DNA of 64,000 nucleotides from an uncultured Chloroflexia bacterium. GTDB lineage: Bacteria; Chloroflexota; Limnocylindria; Limnocylindrales; CSP1-4. A model generated the notes under the pieces. It made no database searches and had not been told where the DNA came from. It saw nothing but the letters and a program-made list of their open reading frames with translations. A program made the position numbers and the translations under genes. Location of the stretch: positions 544,001 to 608,000 of the forward strand of contig CAVPPB010000001.1 of assembly GCA_963707215.1 (NCBI GenBank), read 5' to 3'. Shown here piece by piece: positions 1 to 10,439 of this stretch; the stretch's first letter is position 1, and every line of letters starts with the position of its first letter.

Positions 1-468
1 GCGACCCTCGGCGGTCGGACCGACCTCGCAGCCAGCCTCCGGCACCTCGATCTCGCCTTCCGGCGTCGCGGCCTCGCCGTCGTCGTCTCCGACCTGCTCG
101 GCCCGCCCGAGCGCTGGGTCGACGCCCTGCGGAGGCTCGGCCAGCGCCACGACCTCGTCGTCGTGGAGGTGGTCGATCCTCGGGAGCTGCGGCTACCCGA
201 CGTCGGCGAGGTCCGCCTCGAGGACCCCGAGACGGGCCTCCAGCGGACCGTCGACACGGGCGACGTTCGCCTCCGCGCGGACTACGCCGAGGCATCCGAC
301 CGGCGAAGAGCCGCCGTGGGTGCGGCCGTCCGCTCGGCGGGCGCCACGCATCTCCGACTGCGGACCGACCGCGACTGGATCGGACCGCTCATCGCCTGCC
401 TGGAGTCCCGCCGCCGCGACCGGATCGCCGGCCGCAGGGACGGTCGCTCGACCGGGTGGCGACGATGA
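1..468 (+). CDS. DUF58 family protein (MoxR-associated), 5'-truncated by the window edge
   Basis: Frame is open from base 1: TDLAASLRHL...RRGLAVVVSDL...HDLVVVEVVDPRELRLPDVG...EDPETG. Its stop overlaps the ATG of a VWA gene (ATGA), the usual MoxR-DUF58-VWA layout. Confidence 0.85.
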   Translation, partial: ATLGGRTDLAASLRHLDLAFRRRGLAVVVSDLLGPPERWVDALRRLGQRHDLVVVEVVDPRELRLPDVGEVRLEDPETGLQRTVDTGDVRLRADYAEASDRRRAAVGAAVRSAGATHLRLRTDRDWIGPLIACLESRRRDRIAGRRDGRSTGWRR

Positions 469-1457
469 CGTTCCTCGCCCCCGAGCGGCTGGTCCTGCTC
501 CTGGTCCCGCTGATCCTCGCCGCCATCTACGTCATCCGCCAGCGCTCACGACGGCGCTACGCGCTGCGCTTCACCGATCTCGAGCTGCTCGGGACCGTGG
601 CCCCCCGCCGGCCGGCCTGGCGCCGTCACGTGGCCGCCCTCGCCTACCTGGCCGCGGTGCTGCTGCTGGCCGTGGGTGCTGCCCGGCCGGCGACGGCCGT
701 CGAGGTGCCCAGCCAGCCCACGGTCGTCCTCGCCCTCGACGCCTCGATCTCGATGGAGGCCACGGACGTGGATCCCAGCCGGATCGCGGCTGCCCGCGAG
801 GCGGCTCGCCGTTTCCTCGAGCTGGTGCCCGAGGGGGCCCGGGTCGGGCTCGTGGCCTTCGATGCCGGCGCTAGGACGCTGGCCGCCCCGACGACCGACC
901 GGACCGAGGTGCTCCGGGCGATCGACCGGCTCCGCCTGGGTCCGGGCACGGCCGTGGGCGAGGCGATCCACACGGCCCTCGACCTCCTGCCGACCGCCGA
1001 GGCGGCCGGCGATGGCTCGGACGAGGGTCCCACGGTCGGCGACGGCGGGGATGGAACGCCCGACGGTCTCGCGGCCGGGGCGATCGTCCTGCTGTCCGAT
1101 GGCGAGACCACGGTCGGGCGTCCGCCCGACGAGGCCGCCGAGCGCGCCCGCGACCTGCAGGTCCGGATCAGCACGATCGCCTTCGGGACCGACTCGGGCA
1201 CCGTCGTCGTGGACGGGATGACCGTCCCGGTCCCGGTCGATCGCGACGCCCTCAGGCAGATCGCGGAGACGACCGGCGGCCAGGCCTTCGAGGCCCAGAC
1301 GGCCGAGGAGATCCGCTCGGTCTTCGAGGGCCTCGGCCGCGGGGTCGGCACCCGCACCGAGCCTCGCGAGGTCACCGACGGGGTGGTCATGGCCGCCCTG
1401 CTCGCCGGCCTCGTCGCCGCGGGGGCATCGCTCCTCTGGTTCAGCCGACTGCCCTAG
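465..1457 (+). CDS. VWA (von Willebrand A) domain membrane protein, BatA-like
   Basis: N-terminal hydrophobic segments, MIDAS motif DASISM, GTAVGEAI and LLSDGE motifs, C-terminal TM helix. Confidence 0.9.
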   Translation: MTFLAPERLVLLLVPLILAAIYVIRQRSRRRYALRFTDLELLGTVAPRRPAWRRHVAALAYLAAVLLLAVGAARPATAVEVPSQPTVVLALDASISMEATDVDPSRIAAAREAARRFLELVPEGARVGLVAFDAGARTLAAPTTDRTEVLRAIDRLRLGPGTAVGEAIHTALDLLPTAEAAGDGSDEGPTVGDGGDGTPDGLAAGAIVLLSDGETTVGRPPDEAAERARDLQVRISTIAFGTDSGTVVVDGMTVPVPVDRDALRQIAETTGGQAFEAQTAEEIRSVFEGLGRGVGTRTEPREVTDGVVMAALLAGLVAAGASLLWFSRLP

Positions 1458-1618
1458 GTTCGGGAGGCGGACCGGGCGGCGCGCGCTCGCGCCAGTCGTC
1501 CTGGTCCGTGGCCGGGTCCGGTGTCTGGCGTGCGCGCGGCGATCGACCTGGTGCCGGGCCGGGCGCGTCGCCGGTGCCAGGCCGGGTCGGGTCACTGACC
1601 CCGCGCCACGAGCACCGT

Positions 1619-1797
1619 CGGATCCTTGCGCGTACCAGTGCCACTGGTGCTATGGACGGCGCAACTGCCGCGACCGTCACGCCAGATCGGGAGCCACGCT
1701 CGGCCGGCCGTCCCGATCTTCCATCGCACCAGCCACGCTGGTGGAACGCTCGAACCGCCGTGATAGCACCAGCCACACCGGTAGGAGCGAGGATCCG
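1619..1797. repeat. ~180-bp element bounded by ~40-bp imperfect inverted repeats (MITE/REPIN-like)
   Basis: 1620-1660 GGATCCTTGCGCGTACCAGTGCCACTGGTGCTATGGACGGC versus the reverse complement of 1757-1796, GGATCCTCGCTCCTACCGGTGTGGCTGGTGCTATCACGGC. Inner inverted repeat AGATCGGGA (1684-1692)/TCCCGATCT (1711-1719). Confidence 0.65.
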
Positions 1798-2091
1798 GAC
1801 GAGAGCCCGACGCGGGAACCGGGGTGGACGATCCGGGCGAGAGCCCGGCGCCATCCGAGCCCGGCGGATGAGCCGCGACCCGAGCCGGTCCGCCCGCGCT
1901 CCGAGCCCGGCGCGGCCCCTCGCCCGCGCGACCCGAGGGCGTGCGGCCCGAGCCGCCTGAGCCCGGTCGAGGAGGCCGACGGGCAAGGGGACGCCCCGCG
2001 CCGTCCGGGGAAGGGAGCCGGGCGACTGCGGGGCGTCTCAGGTGAAGGGTCGGGGGCGCGGGGCGGTCGTCGGGGGCCGACCGCCGTCGCG

Positions 2092-3258
2092 CTAGATCCG
2101 ACCCTTGGGAACGGTGTGCCAGTACGTCTTGTTGAAGACGATCTTGCCGAAGTGGAAGAGCGCGTTCGGCTTGCGCGGACGCGGTGGGTGGTCGTAGTCG
2201 AACTGGAGGATCGTGCCCTTGCCGTCCCCGATCTCGAAGAAGCACATGACCTTGCCTTCGTACTCGCCGTGCTTCTTGTCGGTCGCCCGCGCCTGGATCG
2301 CGGCCGAGATCCGCTCGGCTACCACCGGGGCCTCGAAGTGGGCCGTGGAGCCGGCCTTCGAGAGGGGCAGGTCGGTCGCGTCGCCGAGCGCGTGGACGTT
2401 CTTCCGCCCGCCGACCTCGAGGGTGTGGCGGTCGGTCGGCAGCCAGCCGCCCGGTGCGGGAGCCAGACCCGAGTCCATGAGGAACTGGGCGCCCTTGTGC
2501 GGGGGCACGAGGATGAGCAGGTCGTACTCCAACTCCTCGCCCTCGAGGCTTTGGACGACCTTGCGCTCGGGGTCGATGGTCTCGACGTTGAAGAAGGTGT
2601 GGAGCTCGATCCCCTTCTCCTCGAGGATCGGGGTCGCCATCTCCGAGACGCTCTCGATGGTGAAGGCACGGCCGATCGGCGAGCAGTAGTGGAGATCGCT
2701 CTTGTCCCGGAGACCGCGCTCGCGGAGCTCGGACTCGATGAGGAAGATGACCTCGAGCGGAGCGGGCGGGCACTTGTAGGGCATCGAGGCGATGCCGACC
2801 ACGACCTTGCCGCCCTTGAACCCGTCGAGCGCCTTGCGGAGCTTCTCGGCCGCGCCGGCGGAGTAGAAGTGATGGGCCTCGGTGTCGAAGTGCTCGATCG
2901 CCTCGGGCAGGATCCTGGACCCGGTGGCGAGGACGAGCTGGTCGTAGGCCAGGCGCTGTCCGTCGTTGAGCTCGACGATCTGGTTCGCCTCGTCGACCGA
3001 GACGACCTTGCCGATGACGAGCTGGACCCGCTTGTCGAGGAGCGACCGCTCCGGTCGGACCAGGTTCTCCTTCTTCTCGGGACGCTTGCCGCCCATGGCG
3101 ATGTACATGAAGCCCGGCTGGTAGACATGCTTCCCGGTCGCGTCGACGACCGTGACGGTCACGTCACCGCGCTTCACCTCGCGGTGGAGCTTGCGGACGA
3201 GGAGGTTGGCGGTCAGCGTGCCGCCGACCCCTCCGCCCAGGATGAGGATGCGCTGCAT
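2092..3258 (-). CDS. sqr: Sulfide:quinone oxidoreductase-like FAD-dependent oxidoreductase (type III/SqrC-like)
   Basis: GGGVGG Rossmann motif, HVYQPG, PYKCPPAPLE, GDATDLP.SKAG and YEGKVMCF (two catalytic-type Cys); lies in a TusA/DsrE cluster. Confidence 0.8.
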   Translation of the reverse strand: MQRILILGGGVGGTLTANLLVRKLHREVKRGDVTVTVVDATGKHVYQPGFMYIAMGGKRPEKKENLVRPERSLLDKRVQLVIGKVVSVDEANQIVELNDGQRLAYDQLVLATGSRILPEAIEHFDTEAHHFYSAGAAEKLRKALDGFKGGKVVVGIASMPYKCPPAPLEVIFLIESELRERGLRDKSDLHYCSPIGRAFTIESVSEMATPILEEKGIELHTFFNVETIDPERKVVQSLEGEELEYDLLILVPPHKGAQFLMDSGLAPAPGGWLPTDRHTLEVGGRKNVHALGDATDLPLSKAGSTAHFEAPVVAERISAAIQARATDKKHGEYEGKVMCFFEIGDGKGTILQFDYDHPPRPRKPNALFHFGKIVFNKTYWHTVPKGRI

Positions 3259-3273
3259 CGATGATCCCTTCGC

Positions 3274-3522
3274 CTAGCGCAGCTTCTCGACGACCAGCTC
3301 GTCGTAGCCGTCGCGCGTCTCGAGGACGACCAGGCGGTGCCCGGCCTTCTCGATCCACTTCGGGATGTCGACCTTGGAGCCCGAGTCGGAGCTGTAGACG
3401 GCGAGGATGTCGCCCACGCTGGCCTCGCGGATCGCCCGGATGAGCTCCATCAAGGGGCCGGGGCAGAAGCTGCCGCGGGCATCGATCGTGCGGGTCACGG
3501 TGTAGGTCGCGCTTTCGGTCAC
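3274..3522 (-). CDS. tusA: TusA family sulfur carrier
   Basis: IDARGSFCPGPLMEL (CPxP), DSGSKVDIPKW, 82 aa. Confidence 0.9.
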   Translation of the reverse strand: MTESATYTVTRTIDARGSFCPGPLMELIRAIREASVGDILAVYSSDSGSKVDIPKWIEKAGHRLVVLETRDGYDELVVEKLR

Positions 3523-3617
3523 GGAGGGTCTTCCTTCCTTGGTTCGGCTCGGGCGCGCCCGGATCGGGCCTGGCGCACCCGTGATGGTGTCGGCGTGGCG
3601 GCTCGCGCTCGCCGGTT

Positions 3618-4181
3618 TCAGATGAACAGCGGGGAGCTGCCGTCCTGCATCATCCCGATGACAGTGGCGGCTCCGACCGGCTCGCCCATCCCATCGATGA
3701 GGTCGTCGCGGGTCAGGCCGAACATGTCCATCGTCATCTGGCAGGGGATGAACTCGACGCCCATCAGCTGGGCTGCCTCGAGGAGCTCCTTGGGGCTGGC
3801 CACGTTGTGCTGCTTGGCCAGCTTCCGCATCATCCAGGGGCCCATCCCGAGGAAGTTCATCTTCGAGAGCTTGCGGTGGCTGATCCCCGGCCGCTGCATG
3901 AAGGACATCATCTTCTGCATCCAGTTCTGGCCGGTGATGCGTCGATCGTCCTTGACGAAGTTCTGGAGGCCCCAGAAGGTCACGAAGACGCTCGTCTTGG
4001 CGCCCATCGCCCCGGCCGTCGAGGCCAGGATCATCGTGGCCCAGGTCTTCTCCAGCTCGCCGCTGTAGTCGATGATCAGGATGTCGTGGGGCTTCGCCTC
4101 GTGCTCGTGCTCGGGCACGGGCTGCGGCTGGGTCGTCTCCTCGACCACGGCGGCGGTCTCGACCTCGGCGGTAGCGGTCAT
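3618..4181 (-). CDS. DsrE/DsrF/DrsH-like (DsrE2-type) sulfurtransferase
   Basis: FVTFWGL, LSKMNFLGMG, PCQMTMDMFG, VGAAT motifs; ATG at 4181. Confidence 0.88.
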   Translation of the reverse strand: MTATAEVETAAVVEETTQPQPVPEHEHEAKPHDILIIDYSGELEKTWATMILASTAGAMGAKTSVFVTFWGLQNFVKDDRRITGQNWMQKMMSFMQRPGISHRKLSKMNFLGMGPWMMRKLAKQHNVASPKELLEAAQLMGVEFIPCQMTMDMFGLTRDDLIDGMGEPVGAATVIGMMQDGSSPLFI

Positions 4182-4192
4182 GGCTGTGTCCC

Positions 4193-4426
4193 TCACTTCT
4201 TCCGGAGGACGAAGCGGAACACGCCGCCGTCCTGGGTCTGCTCGACGGTCGGGTTCCCGGTCGATTTCGACCAGGCCTCGAAGTCCTTGACCGAACCGGG
4301 ATCGGTCGCCAGGACCTCGAGCAGCTGGCCCGAGGCGAGGTCCTTCATCGCCTGGGCCGTCTTGACGATCGGCAGCGGGCACGACAGGCCCTTTGCATCG
4401 ACGGTCCGGGTGATCTCGAGGGTCAT
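4193..4426 (-). CDS. tusA: TusA family sulfur carrier (second copy)
   Basis: VDAKGLSCPLPIVKT, ATDPGSVKDFEAW. Confidence 0.92.
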   Translation of the reverse strand: MTLEITRTVDAKGLSCPLPIVKTAQAMKDLASGQLLEVLATDPGSVKDFEAWSKSTGNPTVEQTQDGGVFRFVLRKK

Positions 4427-4471
4427 GGTGCGGTGGCTCCCTTCCGTTCGTTGGGGCTGCTGGTGGTCGGG

Positions 4472-4885
4472 CTAGATGAAGACGACCTGGCCCTCGCCGG
4501 CGTTGAGGTAGAAGGCGGTAACGCCCTCCACGCCATCGACGAGGTCGTCGAGGTCCGACTCCTCGAGGTGGAGCAGGTCCATCGACAGCGAACAGGCCTG
4601 GATGTCCACCTCGCCGAGGTCCTTGGCCTGGCGCAGCGTCTCCGCCCAACTGGCCTGCCCGGCTGCGCGCAGACCGTCGACGGCGGCCCGGCCCTCGGCG
4701 CCGGCTTCGGGTGCCAGGCCGTGGTCACGATCGATGCGGTCCTTGCGGAAGGCATCGAGCGCCCAGTACTGGAGGAAGACGTTCACCGGCTTGGCGAGCG
4801 CCGCGGCGCCGGCGGTGAGGACCGCGGCGGCCTGCAGCTTGTCGTCGGTGCCGGAGAAGAGGACCAGGTTCAGTGGCTGTTCCAT
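4472..4885 (-). CDS. DsrE/DsrF/DrsH-like family protein
   Basis: SGTDDKLQAA, VFLQYWAL, QACSLSMDL, GVEGVTAF motifs. Confidence 0.85.
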   Translation of the reverse strand: MEQPLNLVLFSGTDDKLQAAAVLTAGAAALAKPVNVFLQYWALDAFRKDRIDRDHGLAPEAGAEGRAAVDGLRAAGQASWAETLRQAKDLGEVDIQACSLSMDLLHLEESDLDDLVDGVEGVTAFYLNAGEGQVVFI

Positions 4886-4891
4886 CGGGGG

Positions 4892-5260
4892 CTACCTCTT
4901 GGCGAGTGCGGGTCGGGTGGGATCGACGTCAGACTTGACGTCGTCGGCGGTGCCGCTGACGAGGCTCGCGAGTCGGTCGAGCCGGCGCTCGAGGACCCGG
5001 CGCATGACGCCGCAGGCGACCATCACGTCGGGGTCGGTCAACCGATAGCGGACCTCGCGGCCGTCGCGCTCGGCCTCGACGAGACCGGCCGACCGGAGCA
5101 CCGCCAGGTGCTGCGAGACGTTGGGCTGGGCCACGCCGAGCTCCTCGGCCAGCCGACCGACCTCGCAGGGTCCCTCGGCCAGGCGATGGAGGATGTCAAG
5201 GCGCCGCGGGCTCGCGAGCGTCTTGAGGATCTCGGCCTGGAGCGTCGTGATGTCGTCCAT
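4892..5260 (-). CDS. ArsR/SmtB family repressor, possibly sulfane-sulfur sensing
   Basis: LKTLASPRRLDIL...QPNVSQHLAVLRSAGLV...REVRYRL winged HTH; two Cys (GPCEV, VACGV); first gene of the sulfur cluster. Confidence 0.9.
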   Translation of the reverse strand: MDDITTLQAEILKTLASPRRLDILHRLAEGPCEVGRLAEELGVAQPNVSQHLAVLRSAGLVEAERDGREVRYRLTDPDVMVACGVMRRVLERRLDRLASLVSGTADDVKSDVDPTRPALAKR

Positions 5261-5279
5261 GTCCGGATGGTCCCATCGT

Positions 5280-5295
5280 ATGCGCAGATGCGCAT
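5280..5295. promoter_or_regulatory. Palindromic operator ATGC-N8-GCAT abutting the arsR -10-like hexamer
   Basis: ATGCGCAGATGCGCAT next to a minus-strand TACGAT (5275-5280). Confidence 0.55.
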
Positions 5296-5340
5296 CAGTG
5301 CGGATGGGCCCTTCCGCAGGGCCGAGCGGCACGGGGGCCC

Positions 5341-5354
5341 GGGCCGGAGGTCCC
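5341..5354. promoter_or_regulatory. DosR-type box upstream of the sulfur operon
   Basis: GGGCC-GGAG-GTCCC. Confidence 0.5.
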
Positions 5355-5425
5355 GGCCTCGCGCGGGCCACCTGGTCCCGTCGCGGCGCGGGCCCTGAGC
5401 CGGCGCTGCTCGACCTCGCGAGTCC

Positions 5426-6538
5426 TCAGCAGATCCGGGGCAGCTGCTCGCCGACCAGCATGTCGACGATCCGTTCCGAGCCGACGACGGTCCGGATCGT
5501 CACCATCCCGGGGTGGTCCGCGACGACCGCCCCGATGACGGCGGCGTCCGCGCCCTCGGGCGTCGCCCGGATCGCGGCCAGGGCGGCGCCAGCATCCTCC
5601 CCAGCCACGATCGCCACGCACTTGCCCTCGTTGGCGACGTGGAACGGATCGAGGCCCAGGAACTCGCAGGCCGCTCGCACCGGGCCCGGGATCGGGATGG
5701 CCGGCTCGTCCAGGGTGATCCCGACACCGGACGCAGCGGCGATCTCGTTGAGGGCCGAGGCGAGGCCGCCACGGGTGGGATCGCGGAGGACGTGCACGTC
5801 GGGCACCACCGCGACGAGGCCCGCGACGAGACCGGCCAGCGACTGGGTGTCCGATTCGATCTCTACCTCGAACTCGAGGCCCTCACGGACGCTCATGATC
5901 GCGACCCCGTGGAGCCCGATCGGCCCGGAGAGGATGACCGCGTCCCCGGGTCGGGCCCGGTCGGCGGCCGGCGCCACGTCCGGTGGAACGATACCGATGC
6001 CGGCGGTGTTGACGAACAGGCGATCCGCCGCGCCACGACCGACCACCTTCGTGTCGCCGGTGACGATCGCGGCGCCGGCCCGGGTGGCGGCGGCCGCGGC
6101 CGACGCCGTCACGGCCCGCAGCTCGTCGAACGGCAGGCCCTCCTCGATGACGTAGGCGAGCGAGATCGCCAGCGGTGCGGCGCCCATCATGGCGAGGTCG
6201 TTGACCGTGCCGTTGACCGACAGGTCGCCGATGTCGCCGCCCGGGAAGGCGATGGGGCTGACGACGAACGAGTCGGTCGTGAAGGCCAGCCGCTGGCCGG
6301 CGATCTCCACGATGGCCGCATCGTTGAGCGGTCCGGCCGGCATCGCGCCGGCCAGTGAAGGGGCGATCACGTCGCGCATGAGCGCCCCGGACAGCTGCCC
6401 GCCCGAGCCGTGGCCCAGGATCACCCGCTCGACCTCGGGGAACGGGGCCGGGCAGGCCACGCCATCGGCGTCGATGACGGGGCCGCCGGAGGACCCGGCC
6501 GACTCGCCCCCTGCCCGGGCCCGGTCCAGGTCCGTCAT
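5426..6538 (-). CDS. hypE: Hydrogenase maturation protein HypE
   Basis: [35 protein letters not shown]-terminal PRIC. Confidence 0.97.
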   Translation of the reverse strand: MTDLDRARAGGESAGSSGGPVIDADGVACPAPFPEVERVILGHGSGGQLSGALMRDVIAPSLAGAMPAGPLNDAAIVEIAGQRLAFTTDSFVVSPIAFPGGDIGDLSVNGTVNDLAMMGAAPLAISLAYVIEEGLPFDELRAVTASAAAAATRAGAAIVTGDTKVVGRGAADRLFVNTAGIGIVPPDVAPAADRARPGDAVILSGPIGLHGVAIMSVREGLEFEVEIESDTQSLAGLVAGLVAVVPDVHVLRDPTRGGLASALNEIAAASGVGITLDEPAIPIPGPVRAACEFLGLDPFHVANEGKCVAIVAGEDAGAALAAIRATPEGADAAVIGAVVADHPGMVTIRTVVGSERIVDMLVGEQLPRIC

Positions 6539-7689
6539 CGCGACGTCTCCTCTTGCGAAGCCCCGATGGGCCCGGCCATCTGGAGGGGCCGGGCCGGGAC
6601 CCCGATCCCCCGGCCTGCCGCGTAGAAAGCGGCGCAGGTGCCCTCGGAGCTGACCATCGGCGCCCCGAGGGGCTTCTGCGGCGTGCACAGGACCCCGTAG
6701 GCGGTGCAGTCGAGTGGCGCCTTCTCGCCGGTCAGGATGGCCCCGGCGATGCAGGCCGGGTGCTCCTGGGTCGCGATCGCCCCGACGTCGAACTTGGCCT
6801 CGGCGTCGAACCGCGCGAAGCCCGGCTTGAGGCGGTAGCCCGACGACGGGATCTCGCCGATGCCGCGCCACTTGCGCTCGCCCACGTCGAAGACCCGGAA
6901 GACGGTCTCCTGGGCCAGCCGGTTACCCTCCCGCTTGACCGCCCGGACGTACTGGTTCTCGACCTCGGCCCGCCCCTCTTCTAACTGCTTGATCGCCATG
7001 AGGATGCCCTCGAGGAGATCGAGCGGCTCGAACCCCGTCACGACGATCGGCACCCGGTAGCGCTCGGCGATGGGCTCGTACTCGGTCCAGCCCATCACGG
7101 CACAGACGTGGCCGGCCGCCAGGAAGGCCTGGACCTGGTTCGACGGCGACTCCAGGAGCGCCGTCATCGCCGGGGGCACCAGGACGTGGGAGACGAGGAT
7201 GGAGAAGTTGTCGATGCCCAGCTGGCTGGCCTGCCAGACGGCCATCGCATTCGCCGGGGCCGTGGTCTCGAAGCCGACCGCGAAGAAGACGACCTGCTTG
7301 TCCGGGTTGGCCGTCGCGACCTTGAGGGCGTCGAGCGGCGAGTAGACGATGCGGACGTCGGCGCCGCGGGCCTTGAGGGCCAGGAGGTCGGTCGTGGAGC
7401 CCGGGACCCGGAGCATGTCGCCGTAGCTGGTGAAGATGACGTCGGGCCGGGCGGCGATCGCGAGGGCCTTGTCGACCTGCTCCAGCGGGGTGACGCAGAC
7501 CGGACAGCCGGGCCCATGGATCATCCGGACGCCCGGCGGCAGGAGCTCGTCGATGCCCTGCTTGACGATCGTGTGGGTCTGGCCGCCGCAGACCTCCATG
7601 AGCGTCCACGGCCGGGTGGTGACCCGGTGGATCTCGGCGAGCAGCTTCTTGGCCAGGACCGGGTCGCGGTACTCGTCGAGGTACTTCAC
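6535..7689 (-). CDS. hypD: Hydrogenase maturation protein HypD
   Basis: [29 protein letters not shown]. Confidence 0.97.
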   Translation of the reverse strand: MKYLDEYRDPVLAKKLLAEIHRVTTRPWTLMEVCGGQTHTIVKQGIDELLPPGVRMIHGPGCPVCVTPLEQVDKALAIAARPDVIFTSYGDMLRVPGSTTDLLALKARGADVRIVYSPLDALKVATANPDKQVVFFAVGFETTAPANAMAVWQASQLGIDNFSILVSHVLVPPAMTALLESPSNQVQAFLAAGHVCAVMGWTEYEPIAERYRVPIVVTGFEPLDLLEGILMAIKQLEEGRAEVENQYVRAVKREGNRLAQETVFRVFDVGERKWRGIGEIPSSGYRLKPGFARFDAEAKFDVGAIATQEHPACIAGAILTGEKAPLDCTAYGVLCTPQKPLGAPMVSSEGTCAAFYAAGRGIGVPARPLQMAGPIGASQEETSR

Positions 7690-8015
7690 GCGAGCGGGCC
7701 TCCGCCGCCGGACGGCGCGCCGGGCGCCGGGTCGTCGATCACGGCAGGGGCGCTCATCCCGGGTCCCATCGTGGCGAGCTCCGCCTGGACGAGGTCGCCC
7801 ATCTGCTCGAGGAGCTCGAGCGTCTTGAGTGCCTCCTCCTCGTCGACCTTGCTGATGGCGAAGCCGACGTGGACGATGACGTAGTCACCGACCTCGACGT
7901 CCGGGACATAGGCAAGGCAGGCCTCCTTGCGGACCCCGCCGAAGTCGACGCGACCCATCGGCAGGCCCGCGTCCGCACGGACCTCCATGACCTTGCCCGG
8001 GATGCCGAGACACAT
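7686..8015 (-). CDS. hypC: Hydrogenase chaperone HypC
   Basis: MCLGIPG N-terminus, VIVHVGFAI. Confidence 0.97.
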   Translation of the reverse strand: MCLGIPGKVMEVRADAGLPMGRVDFGGVRKEACLAYVPDVEVGDYVIVHVGFAISKVDEEEALKTLELLEQMGDLVQAELATMGPGMSAPAVIDDPAPGAPSGGGGPLA

Positions 8016-8030
8016 CGCTCGCCCTCCTCG

Positions 8031-10439
8031 CTACCGGCCGGGACCGGCCACGCGGCCGACCATGCCCGCCATCGTCGCCGCCGCGACGGCCGCCTGTCCA
8101 TAGCTGATGCCACCGTCGTTGACCGGCACCTGCCGGTTGACGTGGACCTCGAATCCGTCCGCCGCCAGGCGGCGCAGGAGCGCGCCGCTCAGCCAGCCGT
8201 TCTGGAAGACGCCGCCCGAGAGGCAGACGACGCCGAGCCCGGTCGAGGCGCGAACGTCGGCGCAGATCGCCCGGGTGACCGTCGCGATCGTCTCCTGGAA
8301 GCGGGCAGCGAGACGTCCCGTCGGGACGCCCTCCTCGACGCCGTCGAGGAGCCCCACCAGGGTCGGCCGCGGATCGTAGACCAGGAGGTCCCCGCGCCGG
8401 ACGAGGCGCCAGGGGAGCGGGTCGTGCCGGCCGGGTTCGGCCGCCATCTCGAGATCGATGGCGGCCTGGGCCTCGTACTCGGCGACGTCGCGCAGACCCA
8501 GCAGCGAGGCAGCCGCGTCGAAGAGCCGGCCGGCGCTCGAGGCGAGCGGCGCATTGAGACTGCGGGCCAGCTGGACCCGGACGATGCCGACCTCCCGGGG
8601 GTCGAGCCGACCCAGGAACGCGCCGGCCGGGCCGTCCGGGGCAGCCAGGTCGACGCCGGCGCCACCGTCGAACGCCTCGGCGCCCAGCAGGTAGCCGAGG
8701 GCCATCCGGTAGGGCTTCCGGACGGCCAGGGCGCCACCGGGCATCGGGGCCAGCCCGAACCGGGCGACCCGGCGGTAGCCGGCCAGATCGGCCACCAGGA
8801 CCTCGCCGCCCCAGAACGTGCCGTCGTCCCCCATGCCCAGCCCGTCGTAGGCGACCCCGATGAACGGCTCGACGAGACCGTGCTCGGCGGCGCACGAGGC
8901 GACGTGGGCGTGGTGGTGCTGGACGGCGATGCGGCGGTCGGAGGGGAAGCGGCGGTCGGCGTACTGGGTGGAGAGATACGAGGGGTGGCGGTCGTGGGCG
9001 ACCCAGCCCGGCTCCAGGTCGAGCAGCCGGGCGAGGTGAGCGAGGTTCTCCTCGAAGGCCCGGTGGACCAGGAGATCCTCGAGGTCGCCGATGTGGGGGG
9101 CGACGTGGGCGCGGCCTCGGGACGCCAGGGCGAAGGTGTGCTTCAACTCCGCGCCCGCGGCGAGCACGACCTCGCCGTCCGGCAGCCGGATCGGCAGATC
9201 AAGCGGCTCCGGGGCATGACCGCGGCCACGGCGGATGATCGACGGCCGGGCGTGCCGGCCGGTGCCGATCACCCGGGTCACCGAATCGTCGTAGCGGGCA
9301 CGGATCCGTCGGTCGTGGGCGAGGAAGGCGTCGGCGATGCCCCCGAGTCGCTCCAGGGCGTCGGCGTCGTCGATCGCGAGGGGCTCGTCGGACAGGTTGC
9401 CGCTGGTCAGCACGAGCGGCCGACCGACTGCCGCGAGGAGCAGGTGGTGGAGCGGCGTGTACGGCAGGAAGAGTCCCACCCGCCGGTTGCCGGCGACGAC
9501 ACCGGCCGCGACGTTGCTACCGGCGGTCTTCCCCGCCCGGATCCGGCAGAGCACGATCGGGCGGGCCGGGTCGACCAGCAGTCGCCGCTCCGCGGGCGTG
9601 ACGACGGCGAGCGACCGGGCCGCCGCGAGGTCGCGGACCATGACCGCGAACGGCTTGGCCCAGCGACGCTTGCGGTCGCGCAGCCGGGCCACCGCGGTCG
9701 CGTCGGTCGCGTCGCAGGCGAGGTGGTAGCCGCCGAGCCCCTTGATGGCGACGATCCGGCTGCTCAGCAGGTCTCCGGCGGCGGCTTCGAGCGCCTCCTC
9801 CGCCCGGGCGACGGGAGCCGGGTCGACGGTCCGGCGGTAGACGAGGATCGGACCGCAGGCCGGGCAGGCGACCGGCTCGGCGTGGAACCGTCGATCGCGG
9901 GGATCGCCGTACTCGCGTGCGCAGGCGGCGCAGAGCGGGAAGTCGCGCATGGACGTCTGCTGCCGGTCGTACGGCAGGGCCTCGATGATCGTGGCCCGGG
10001 GCCCGCAGTTCGTGCAGTTCGTGAAGGGATAGCGGTACCGCCGATCGGACGGGTCGGCGATCTCGCGGAGGCAGTCGTCGCAGGTGGCGATGTCCGGCGG
10101 GAAGAGCCGCTCGGCGGACGGCGCGGAGACGCTCCCGTCGATGACGAAGCCGGAGCCGACGGGCGGGGCGATGGCATCGGGCAGGTCGGCGACCTCCACC
10201 CGGTCGACCCGAGCCCGAGGCGGCGCCTCGCTCCGGAGCCGCCCGATGAGCGAGGCGACGTCCGCGGCCGTTCCGGCGACCTCGACCTCCACCCGCCCGG
10301 CGGCATTGCGGACGCGGCCGTCGAGGCCGAGCTGGTCCGCCAGCCGGAAGACGAAGGGCCGGAAGCCGACGCCCTGGACGACGCCCTCGACGACGATCGC
10401 GCGGCCGACCCGGACGGTGGCGTCAGGGGCCGTCGGCAT
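8031..10439 (-). CDS. hypF: Carbamoyltransferase HypF
   Basis: VQGVGFRP acylphosphatase domain, two CxxC zinc fingers, KGLGGYHL, QHHHAH, NDGGISYGQ; start placed at ATG 10439. Confidence 0.96.
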   Translation of the reverse strand: MPTAPDATVRVGRAIVVEGVVQGVGFRPFVFRLADQLGLDGRVRNAAGRVEVEVAGTAADVASLIGRLRSEAPPRARVDRVEVADLPDAIAPPVGSGFVIDGSVSAPSAERLFPPDIATCDDCLREIADPSDRRYRYPFTNCTNCGPRATIIEALPYDRQQTSMRDFPLCAACAREYGDPRDRRFHAEPVACPACGPILVYRRTVDPAPVARAEEALEAAAGDLLSSRIVAIKGLGGYHLACDATDATAVARLRDRKRRWAKPFAVMVRDLAAARSLAVVTPAERRLLVDPARPIVLCRIRAGKTAGSNVAAGVVAGNRRVGLFLPYTPLHHLLLAAVGRPLVLTSGNLSDEPLAIDDADALERLGGIADAFLAHDRRIRARYDDSVTRVIGTGRHARPSIIRRGRGHAPEPLDLPIRLPDGEVVLAAGAELKHTFALASRGRAHVAPHIGDLEDLLVHRAFEENLAHLARLLDLEPGWVAHDRHPSYLSTQYADRRFPSDRRIAVQHHHAHVASCAAEHGLVEPFIGVAYDGLGMGDDGTFWGGEVLVADLAGYRRVARFGLAPMPGGALAVRKPYRMALGYLLGAEAFDGGAGVDLAAPDGPAGAFLGRLDPREVGIVRVQLARSLNAPLASSAGRLFDAAASLLGLRDVAEYEAQAAIDLEMAAEPGRHDPLPWRLVRRGDLLVYDPRPTLVGLLDGVEEGVPTGRLAARFQETIATVTRAICADVRASTGLGVVCLSGGVFQNGWLSGALLRRLAADGFEVHVNRQVPVNDGGISYGQAAVAAATMAGMVGRVAGPGR

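Noticed and set aside
1458-2091. Protein-coding gene in the VWA-sqr gap (ORFs 1508-1960 + and 1441-1986 -)
   Set aside because: Arg/Pro/Ala-rich translations with no motifs or clear RBS; the region is better explained by the inverted-repeat element.
2092-5260. Complete sHdr or Dsr sulfur-oxidation pathway
   Set aside because: Only carriers (TusA/DsrE) and SQR are present; no sHdr, LbpA, DsrAB or Sox genes were recognised in the window.
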